A DNA stretch of 64,000 bases from Eledone cirrhosa. Its lineage: Eukaryota. Under the pieces are notes generated by a model. The model was given only the letters and a program-made list of their open reading frames with translations. It was not told the DNA's origin and searched no databases. Shown piece by piece: positions 53,944 to 64,000 of this stretch (position 1 is the stretch's first letter; every line of letters begins with the position of its first letter). The position numbers and the translations under genes were made by a program. The stretch is from NCBI GenBank assembly GCA_964016885.1, contig OZ024742.1, positions 146,630,001 through 146,694,000 on the forward strand, written 5' to 3'.

Positions 53944-54152
53944 ATAATTTCTAATTTAGGCACAAGGCCAGCAATTTGTAGGGAGGGGAAAGTCAATTAT
54001 ATTGATCCCAGTACTTTACTGGTACTTTATTTTATTGACTCCAAAAGGATGAAAGTCAAAATTGACCTTAGAGGGATTTGAACTAAGAATCTAAAGGGCC
54101 ATAACTAAATGCTGTGAAGCATTTCATCCAATACTCTAATGATTTTGCCAAC
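53944..54152 (-). mobile_element. Diverged SINE, family 1
   Basis: Core and B-box on the minus strand. Confidence 0.78.
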
Positions 54153-54356
54153 CTGCTGCAAAATAAATAGATAGTTTTTGGTGGTAGGTCTGCTGACTCA
54201 GGGATAATCCACTTCTTTACTAATATCTTTCCCCAAAGAATGGGGTTACAATAATTTAAACAAAACAGCAATGGCATCAAACTCTCCAGTCACTGAGTGT
54301 GAGTACTGCTTATTCCTCCAGACTTTTTTCTTCTTATTATTATTATTATTATTATT

Positions 54357-55736
54357 AAAAACTGGGACGAGGTGACGAGCAGGGTGGCTTCTCTCACCCA
54401 GAAATGGGCCGAGAGGAAGCTGTCCCTGAAAGGTCGAGCAGAGGTGGCTAACGCGTACATCGCGTCCGTCATCTGCTACCGCCTGACCGTCGTACCTTGT
54501 CCTAAGCCCCGCCTGACTGCGCTGGAGCGTTTGCTCTTTCGCTTTGTGTGGAAGGGACGCACTCCGATGGTCAGGCGGTCCATCTGTTGTCAACACCCAC
54601 TACGTGGAGGGCTGGGCATGCCGTGGCTGATCATGCACAGACATGCGCTCAGGCTACGACATCTCCAACCTCTTCCTCGACGGTGATCAGGTGTGGTCGC
54701 CGTTTGCTAGACGCGTCTTTCCCCAGCTCGTTTCCTTGATGGAGCTGCAGTCCTGGGTCAAGCGAAGACCGAGAGGGAGCACTTGGAGACTGGAATGTCT
54801 TCAGGCGCTCACAGCCCTCGACCAATCGGGCAATGTGATCGGTGGAAACTCCACCTCGGCGTTCTATAGAGGATTAGTGGAGGGGAAGAGCGACGACGTA
54901 CTTGGAGAAACTCTAGGCGTCGACGAAAATCAACTAGCCAATCTCTTCGGAAGGACTTTCGGGCCGGGGCCCATGGACAACTTCCAGAAATCCCTGGCCT
55001 GGCAGTGCTACCGAGGAGCCTTGCCAGTTCGGGATAAACTCTACAGGCATGGAGGAGCCGTCAGCCGGGCATGTCCGAGATGCACGCAGGGTGACAAACC
55101 GTCCTGCATGCACTCGTCCAGTGTCCGAGAATTGCTGACTTGTGGGTTTATGTCGAACACCTGCTGTCGCGTGTAAGACGGATCCGGTTATCAGCTGAGT
55201 CCATCGTGAGGTTTGCCCCACCCTCTTCCTTTAGCCGGGAAGGGCAGGCAGTTTTTATCTGTCTGGTGGCCATGGCGAAAGAGATAGTATGGTGGACACG
55301 TTTGAAAGGGCTGAAGGCGAGCACTTACCTCTTCGGTGATGCCCTGATTAACTTTTTCAAATTTCATTTGAAAAGGAAAATCAGGGTAGAGAGGGAAGTG
55401 CTCTCTTCCCAGCATTTTGTTGAAAGATGGGTGAGAGAAGCAAGAATGGCCCGAGTGAATGGGCCTACTCTGAGTATGTGTCTGTAAATTAAAGGTGGAA
55501 AACTGGGAGAGGGTACTTGCCCTGGTGGTCAGGGTCACTGTGGCCTTTTAATAGGCTTTCTCCACAAATGTCCCTCCGAAGTCTCACCCCTATTGGGGAA
55601 TTATTTCATTCTTATTTTTATTACATCCTCTGTTTTTGTTTTTTACACGCAGAAATACCCATTTGTACCGTCCTGTATTGGCCTGTACTGTCCTTAATGT
55701 CTACTTTATGTAAACCCTTGTGGTTAATAAAGAAAG
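54357..55736 (+). mobile_element. 5'-truncated Tx1 copy in (ATT)n
   Basis: Near-identical to 60824-62207; ATT runs on both sides. Confidence 0.95.
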
Positions 55737-55755
55737 TATTATTATTATTATTATT

Positions 55756-56303
55756 CGAGGAGGAAGGACAGGCGGTTTTCATCTGCCTGGTGGCCATGGC
55801 GAAAGAGATTGTGTGGTGGACAAGGTTAAAAGGGTTAAAGACAGACACTTTCCTCTTCGGTGAATCCCTAATTAACTTTTTCAAGTTTCACTTGAAGAGG
55901 AAAATCAGGGTGGAGAGGCAAGTGCTGCTTTCTAGCAAGTTTGTTGAAAGGTGGGTGAATGTAACGAGAATGGTCTGAGTGAACGGGACCACTCTAAATA
56001 TACGCTTGTAGTTTGAGAGATGGAAAAATTGAGAGAGGGCGCTTGCCCTGCTGGTCAGGGTGGCCGTGGTCTTTTGTGTGGTTTTCGCCACGAGTAATCC
56101 TCGGAGGTTTCCTCCCTATTGGGGGAATTTTTCATTGTTTCAATTTTCATTTTTAATGTTTATATATATATGTTTCTATGTCTTTTTTTTTTCTTTTCTT
56201 ATATAAATAATAAAAATATTTACATGCACAAAACCCACATCGTACCGTCCTGTACCGTCTGTAATGTTTTTCTTGATGTCAGCCCTTGTGGCCAATAAAG
56301 AAA

Positions 56304-56305
<2 letters not shown>
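55756..56305 (+). mobile_element. Short 5'-truncated copy of a related Tx1 subfamily in (ATT)n
   Basis: Encodes EGQAVFICLVAMAKEIVWWTRLKG..; diverged 3' UTR; ATT runs on both sides. Confidence 0.92.
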
Positions 56306-56362
<57 letters not shown>

Positions 56363-56576
56363 GGCGACCTACGTAGTAAATCGTATCATCGTGAGCTCCG
56401 CAAAGGTTTGTTGTTTTCGTTTGTTAAAAATTGCCATTTATGGAAAATTTTTATTGTTAACTGTATATAAGCGCACATACATTGTTTTCCGAAAAGGACA
56501 CTCAAAAAGATTGGGGCCTTGAGCCCAAAATTTAAACTTTTATAATTATCAAACAAAAATTTTTCTTTGAAACATC

Positions 56577-58501
56577 ATGGCTGACTCAGATTCACTCCTT
56601 TCTCACAAACTAACACCTCACACCGACACCACCATTGTAAATATTACTACGTTTGCCAACACTAAAAATATAAGCAGTAGCAATATTTTAAATTTGTCTC
56701 AGGCAGACATTCATTTCCCGCCATTACCAATGACTGCAGGTGTTAAAGCCGCCCCCCGCGACAACTACCACCCACACCGCGACAACAGAAACAAAAGAAA
56801 AAAATTAATTAACTCGTGATGTCGAAATGAATTCAACCAAAATGAACGCTTTCACACAGAACACCACTGACGCCACCACCACCACAACTGAAACTAAAAT
56901 TAATAATAACAAAATTAACGATAACAACAACAGCAACAATGACATTAAGAAAACCACCCTGAGTTTTGCCAGAGTAGCAAAACAGTGCGAAGCATTTCAG
57001 GTAACTCATGAGGAATTAGAAGAAGCCCAAAAAATGGTAAAGAAAGATGGGTACAGGGCCAGCCTCACCACCACCCTCCCCCACCTAATAAAATGGAGCA
57101 TCAGCGCCTATGCACCGTGTCTTATCGAACAATTAATATAAAATCGCGCCGAGTGGAACGGGCATCCGAGTCCCAAATCCAAAAAGCTTTGGGACATGTG
57201 TGGGCAAAAAACCCCCACATCAGACGTAGGCAGAAGTATGGAACCGTGGACGTGTTCTTTGAAACACCACAGGAGGCTAGAGAACACTCCATGGCCCCAT
57301 TAAGAAGTGACGACTTCACACTCGTCCCAAGCTATTGTGGCCAGAGACTCGTAAAGATCAGGGTCACCCACGTTCCACCAGCCATCGAAATTACCTGGCT
57401 AATAGCTGCCGTCCTCGCCGGCATCGAAGCCAACACCAAGATAATAGAAATAGCGAAAGAAAAGCAGGAGAACTGGTCCGGATCTGGGATGGAGCTCCTG
57501 ATCCAAGCGAACCAAAAAAGCATTGAGGAGATCCCAGAGGTAATAGACCTCACTGACGGCAGCCACCTCACCGTAATTGTCGAGGGCAGAAGGCCTAGGT
57601 GTGTCGTTTGTGGTGAAGGAACCCACCTAAGGGCTTTCTGCCCTCAGGCTAAAAGGATGAGGCCACCTCTCCTACCCACCCCAGTGAGTCAACCATCAAC
57701 ACCACCAGCAGCAGAGATGGCAGCAACAACAGAAGCAACTGTAACAGCAACAACCCCAGCAAGAGTAGCAAAACCAACACCACCACCACCCAACGCGCCA
57801 GAACTAGCACCAGCGCCTACACCATCCACCACGCCACAATCAAAACTAACGCCTATGGAGGATTTTCCACTCCCCGGCCTATCACAACTGGAGACAGATT
57901 GTGACGACGGGGAGTGGGAAACGGTATCAGAAAAAAGGAAAAAAGAAACCAAAAAAGAAAAAATTCTCTTCCTTCCCCCTCCAAAAACAAAATACAGAGG
58001 GAAACAAATAAACTATCAAACAAAAAAGTTAGGACAGACATACCACCATCCACACCAGCATCACCAACCCCATCACCCCAAACACCAACACCATCACCAT
58101 CATTAACCCCAACACCACCATCATCTACACCACAAAAGTCACCAAAATACGAAACAGAAACAAACCCACAACAAACGCAAACAAAACAAAACAACCAAAA
58201 CGATACACACTACACAGCATTAAATTTGAACAACAACCAATTATTACACTACATCCAACACAACACCAGCATCACAGAAAAAGACTACACATCAATCCAA
58301 AAGTTCACACCACCTCCATACATACAAATCACTCGCATCACACAGAAAACGTACATGACACTAAAACAAAAATTCCCCAAAGATATCGGAGACTTCCGAC
58401 AAGCACTCTCCAGGAGGATTTATAAGGACATCCTTCCTGAGGAGGCCACAAGCAGTGAAAAGGATGGAGAAACCGTCCTTCCTCTACGAGAAGTAAGGTA
58501 A
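56577..58501 (+). pseudogene. Tx1 ORF1 (CCHC zinc knuckle), frameshifted
   Basis: SFARVA motif, GRRPRCVVCGEGTHLRAFCP knuckle and Pro/Thr-rich linker. Confidence 0.82.
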
Positions 58502-58535
58502 GTGGTCTTTCCCATCTTTTCCACTCCATTTCAAC

Positions 58536-61500
58536 ATGACCTCACTCAGAATAGGCAGCATAAATGCGCGTGGCTTGGGGTCGTCATGGAAGCAGGGCCA
58601 CCTGCTCAACGACATCAGGTCACTAAACATAGATGTAGTGGCCATCAGCGAGACCAGAATCTCCGAAGCACGGGCCTTCGCACCGATCTTCGGCGGCTAC
58701 GATGTGTACGCATCTCCCAGCCGTCCGGGATCGGGGGGAGGAGTTGCTGTGCTTTTTCGGGGAGGTTTGGATCTTGCCATACGGGCCATCTTCCTGGACC
58801 CAAAAGGTAAGTTGGTGGTGCTGGACGTGACCAGCGGAGACGGGCAAGCTTTCAGGTTAGTGGCCGTCTATGCCCCGACAGGAGCAGGGCGGCCTGATTT
58901 CTTCCGGCGTCTGGAGACCTTTCTTGGAACGTCCCGCTCTTTAGTGTTAGTGGGCGACTGGAACGGCATCTTAGATGCACGCTGGGACTGTGTGGGATTA
59001 GTGGATAGTGGAGGAGGGTGCAAGAGTCTCACCAACCTGCTCAGGCGTTTTGAACTGTCTGACAGGTACCGATTGGATTTCGCGAATGTGCCAATGTGGA
59101 CTTGGACAAATCGTATTGGGTCATCCAGATGATATCTAGATAGAGTATTTTGTAGGGAAATAGATAGGTCTAGCATAGGCTGTCCACAATTCAAGATAGT
59201 CAGCTACACGGACCACAATTTCGTGATCTGTGTGCTTGACTTAGATAGGCTTCATAGACGAGGAAACGGCTACTGGAAGCTAAACGCGTCCTTACCAGCG
59301 CGCAAGGCCTACAGAGACTGGATTAGCGAACTAGTTAAGCGAGCGTTGGCGGGGGCCATCGTCAACAACAAGTGGTGGTTTGCTCTGTAAAGAGCAATTA
59401 GAATAGAGTCCATTAGGTTTAGTAAGGCTTTAGCAATAGAGAAAAATAGAGCAGAGGGAGAATTAGTTAGAACATTAGACGAGGCGCTTAGCAAAGGCAT
59501 CGCGACCGACGTACTTGCGGCGAAATTGGCCCTTGACCAATTCTTCAATGCAAAGCACGAAGGCTGCGTTGTCAGAGCTAGGGTGCGTGCTCTCAGACAC
59601 GAGGGGACGAAAGCCGTTCAATGGCCCCAAGTGGTGGAGGCGCGTCGTGGCAACAAAGCCACGATCCGTTGTTTGGTGGACCACGACGGGCGCATGCTAC
59701 TCGATCCCGGGCAAATGTGTGAAGCTTTTCAGCGACACTTCGCTCAGCTGTTCGGGGGCAGCGGCGGGCCGGATCGAGGGATGGACTTTAGTGTCTACCT
59801 CGACGGACTGCCGTGGCTCTCGGCCAGTGAGGCGGAATGTTGCGAAAAGCCGATAACAGCCGCTGAAGTACGGGAGGCAATGACTGGCTGCACAATGGGT
59901 AAATCGCCTGGTTTGGATGGTCTGCCCTATGAACTTTACGTACAGATGCCAGACTTGTTCGGAGGCCTCTTGGCGGACGTCTACTGCAACGGGCAACAGA
60001 ACGGGAGAATTCCCAGTTCTGTGAGCCGAGGAGCTGTGGTGCTGCTGAGAAAGGATCCGAACAAGGAGGATAACATAGATAATTTCAGGCCCATAACTCT
60101 GTTAAACACAGAGTTCAAGATTTTGGCCAAGGTGCTAGCAAAGAGGTTGGCGCTTGTCGTTGGTGGTCTGGTGGGAGAGACGAGATATGCGCCATTCCCG
60201 ACAGATCCATCCACGACAACCTCCACCTCATGCGATACATCGTAGAGAGGGTAGCTAGGGAACCTGACACGGGTGGGTCGTTGATCAATTTAGATCAGTC
60301 GAATGCTTTCAATAGGGTCGACCATCGTTACATAGCGGCAGTCCTGAGGGCGGCTGGCTTTGGGTCCGTCTTCAGAGGCTGGATCGCTGCCATGCACAGC
60401 GACATCTGCTCTGTGGTGAGAGTGAACGGTCACCTTTCGGAACCGTTCAACATCATGCGCTCGGTCCGCCAAGGATGTCCCCTCTCGTCCCTCTTGTACG
60501 TATTGACTCTCAAGCCATTACTGCACAAACTGGAGACGTTGAGGGGGGTCCCGCGCGAACTAGGATGCGGAAGATCCGTGTCAGCATATGCAGACGATGT
60601 CACCGTAGAGGTGTCGAACGCCAAACACATCGAGGCGATCGGCACTACTCTAAGAGAATACGAAGCGGTGACAGGAGCAATGATCAACCAGGAAAAGTCA
60701 GTGGGCCTGCAGCTCGGCACCTGGAGAGGCAGGTCCATGCCGTCCAACAGCGTCGTCGGACGCTGGACGGACGGACCGGTTAAATTGCTAGGGGTCTGGT
60801 TCGGTCCAGACCTCCAGGCGGACAAAAACTGGGACGAGGTGACGAGCAGAGTGGCTTCTCTCACCCAGAAATGGGCCGAGAGGAAGCTATCCCTGAAAGG
60901 TCGAGCGGAGGTGGCTAACGCGTACATCGCGTCCCTCATCTGCTACCGCCTGACCGTCGTACCTTGTCCTAAGCCCCGCCTGACTGCGCTGGAGCGTTTG
61001 CTCTTTCGCTTTTTGTGGAAGGGACGCGCTCCGATGGTCAAGCGGTCCATCTGCTGTCAACACCCGCTACGTGGAGGGCTGGGCATGTCGTGGCTGATGA
61101 TGCGCAGACATGCGCTCAGGCTATGACATCTCCAACCTCTTCCTCGACGGTGATCAGGTGTGGTCGCCGTTTGCTAGACACGTCTTTCCCCAGCTCGTTT
61201 CCTTGACGGAGCTGCAGTCCTGGGTCAAGCGAAGACCGAGAGGGAGCGCTTGGAGACTGGAATGTCTTCAGGCGCTCATAGCCCTCGACCAATCGGGCAA
61301 TGTGATCGGTGGAAACTCCACCTTGGCGTTCTATAGGGGATTAGTGGAGGGGAAGAGCGACGACGTACTTGGAGAAACTCTAGGCGTCGACGAAAATCAA
61401 CTAGCCAATCTCTTCGAAAGGACTTTCGGGCCGGGGCCTATGGACAACTTCCAGAAATCCCTGGCCTGGCAGTGCTACCGGGGAGCTTTGCCAGTTCGGG

Positions 61501-61955
61501 ATAAACTCTACAGGCATGGAGGTGCCGTCAGCCGGGCATGTCCGAGATGCGCGCAGGGTGACGAAACCGTCCTGCACGCACTCGTCCAGTGTCCGAGCAT
61601 TGCTGACTTGTGGGTTTATGTCGAACACCTGCTGTCACCTGTAGGATGGATCCAGCTATCAGCTGAGTCCATCGTGAGGATTTCCCCGCCCTCTTCCTTT
61701 AGCCGGGAAGGGCAGGCAGTTTTTATCTGTCTGGTGGCCATGGCGAAAGAGATAGTATGGTGGACACGTTTGAAAGGGCTGAAGACGAGCACTTACCTCT
61801 TCGGTGATGCCCTGATTAACTTTTTCAAATTTCATTTGAAAAGGAAAATCAGGGTAGAGAGGGAAGTGCTCTCTTCTCAGCATTTTGTTGAAAGATGGGT
61901 GAGAGAGGCAAGAATGGCCCGAGTGAATGGGCTTACTCTGAGTATGTGTCTGTAA
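58536..61955 (+). pseudogene. Tx1 ORF2 APE plus RT
   Basis: SINARGL, GDWN, GYWKLN, KSPGLDG, RQGCPLS, YADD, CPRC..H..C; stops near 59130, 59388 and 61124, frameshift near 60185. Confidence 0.94.
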
Positions 61956-62205
61956 ATTAAAGGTGGAAAACTGGGAGAGGGTACTTGCCCTGGTGGTCAG
62001 GGTCACTGTGTCCTTTTAATGGGCTTTCTCCACAAATGTCCATCCGAGGTCTCACCCCTATTGGGGAATTTTTCATCGTTATTTTTTTGTTACATTCTCT
62101 CTTTTTGTTTTTTTACACGCAGAAATACCCATTTGTACCGTCCTGTATTGTCCTGTACTGTCCTTAATGTCTACTTTATGTAAACCCTTGTGGTTAATAA
62201 AGAAA

Positions 62206-62282
<77 letters not shown>

Positions 62283-62283
<1 letters not shown>

Positions 62284-62410
62284 CTGAGAGGGTCGTGGGG
62301 ACAGAGTCCTCAAACACTCCCTCCAGCAGGCCGTGTCAAAAGCAACTGTCTCCAACTGATTCAGCTGAATCCCTAAGCATGACCAGCCAAGCACATGGAT
62401 GGTATCCAGA
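62283..62410 (-). mobile_element. Extreme 3' end of a Rex3/Expander-like RTE whose tail is (TAA)n
   Basis: Reverse strand reads LDTIHVLGWSCLGIQLNQLETVAFDTACWRECLRTLSPRPSQE* directly into TAATAA. Confidence 0.65.
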
Positions 62411-62741
62411 CTTACCACATAAAAGAAATGTCTTAAAAAAATATATATGTACTGGCTAGCAGGATTAAAATATTATAGACTATTTTACGACAACCTCAAT
62501 GATAAGTTTATGATGAATGTGAAAGCGGAGAGTTTATAATGAAGCAAAGCTGGAGAAAAAGCTTTTCAACCGTACTAACTCGAAGATAAGAATATTTCTA
62601 AATATATTACTTCACATAGTGAAAGCGAGTTAAAAGATTAAGATACTACAAGTTATATATTTGGATAGCCTACATCATGAATGTGTCATAAAACTGAAGA
62701 TATTGGCATTAAAGAGCTGAGCAGAAGATAACAGACATATA

Positions 62742-63040
62742 TATATTAAAGTGTTAAACAATATTCAATGATTATGTCAAAGAATGAGTTTTACAGTAGA
62801 TTGGAAGCACTCAACGAGTAAAATAATTTTCTGAAGTTATTAATATTAAAATATAAGTATTAATAAAATAGATGTTCTTTTGATCAATTACATTTTATTA
62901 TACATATTTCGGATGTACAACAGTACGTCCTCATCAGACAAAATATAATGATACATGACATACCCTGAGATGTTAAATGGTTAAGATGTAATCAAGGTAG
63001 TGATTAACCCGAGAGAAAATTTTACTTATATCCTATTTAT
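62742..63040 (-). mobile_element. Terminal fragment of HHR family 29172-31541
   Basis: 62842-63020 is near-identical to 29172-29350; includes the longer tail. Confidence 0.88.
62892..62944 (-). ncRNA. Minimal type I hammerhead motif
   Basis: Same motif as 31355-31407. Confidence 0.82.
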
Positions 63041-63080
63041 ATTTTAATATATATATATGTACACGCACATATATATATAC

Positions 63081-63124
<44 letters not shown>

Positions 63125-63140
63125 ATTATACATATATATG

Positions 63141-63182
<42 letters not shown>

Positions 63183-63185
<3 letters not shown>

Positions 63186-64000
63186 TAATTTAATATATCA
63201 ACTAACATAGGCGCACAGATGCACGTCCATGCCAGCAAATACACAGGTTATGTCATAGTACCTAGGTGGTTCAATGCAGGAGGGTGCAGAACAATAATAT
63301 AAAAGACGTAAAATAAGAAAATATTTTTTAAAAAATTTTAAAAAAATTTTTTACTTACTTACTTAAATTTTCACTCCAACTAATTAGTTTCTGCAATGGG
63401 ATAAAGACAGTTACATAATCCAACTGTCGAGAATTCATTGCGTCATCAGGGAGTCTATTCTCAGCTGAGCCTCCAGGCAATGCGCGGACACTAGCGGCTC
63501 ATATAAAAATAATAATTCGGTAGAAAGAACAGCTAGGCGAGGACTGGATTCTATGTACTGAAATTCTCACTGCTTCCAGTCAAATGTCCGATTCTAAAGA
63601 ATCAATCACGTGACATAGAGGCTAGTTAGAAGGAATGGGATGGTAAGATGACTGACGCCTACTAACACCCCAAAAAAAATTTTGAAGTGGTTTTGGCAGG
63701 TTTGCTCGACAAATCAGTGATTTGGAGATAAATATAGATAATTTAATATATCAACTAACATAGGCGCACAGATGCACATCCATGCCAGCAAATACATCCC
63801 ATTCCTTCTAACTAGCCTCTATGTCACGTGATTGATTCTTTAGAATCGGACATTTGACTGGAAGCAGTGAGAATTTCAGTACATAGAATCCAGTCCTCGC
63901 CTAGCTGTTCTTTCTACCGAATTATTATTTTTATATGAGCCGCTAGTGTCCGCGCATTGCCTGGAGGCTCAGCTGAGAATAGACTCCCTGATGACGCAAT
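63183..64000. mobile_element. Retrozyme-like HHR element: 553-bp unit plus partial second unit (-), then an inverted arm running off the window
   Basis: 63183-63243 is repeated at 63736-63796; 63437-63642 mirrors 63795-64000. Confidence 0.87.
63373..63454 (-). ncRNA. Type I hammerhead motif with extended stem II
   Basis: ACUCC-CUGAUGA-cGCAAUG..GACAGUU/AACUGUC..CAUUGCa-GAAAC-UAAUUA-GUU-GGAGU. Confidence 0.85.

Larger units (their letters stand above)
56363..62207 (+). mobile_element. Full-length Tx1-type LINE, inactivated
   Basis: 5' UTR, ORF1, ORF2, 3' UTR and AATAAA; flanked by (ATT)n on both sides. Confidence 0.95.

Overview
AT-rich, microsatellite-dense eukaryotic DNA made almost entirely of transposable elements. 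The repeat repertoire suggests a mollusc, most likely an octopus or other cephalopod (inference, not verified). No confidently identifiable host gene is present, only two weak candidate minus-strand exons. Contents: two Tx1-type (L1 group) LINE families, including a stack of three insertions in one (ATT)n tract; three decayed Penelope-like elements (PLEs; RT plus C-terminal GIY-YIG); RTE, CR1-type and R4-type LINE relics; tRNA-derived SINEs; and a tandem pair of non-autonomous Helitrons with internal satellites. The strongest unexplained signal is about 20 minimal type I hammerhead ribozyme (HHR) motifs from roughly a dozen sequence families. Most lie in inverted-repeat insertions whose 3' ends point outward into (TA)n. 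Two non-coding HHR elements (317 bp and 553 bp units) run past their own end into a second partial unit, which is what reverse transcription of a circular or multimeric RNA (retrozyme-like) would leave. Coordinates were read by eye and may be off by a few bases. No database searches or folding programs were run.
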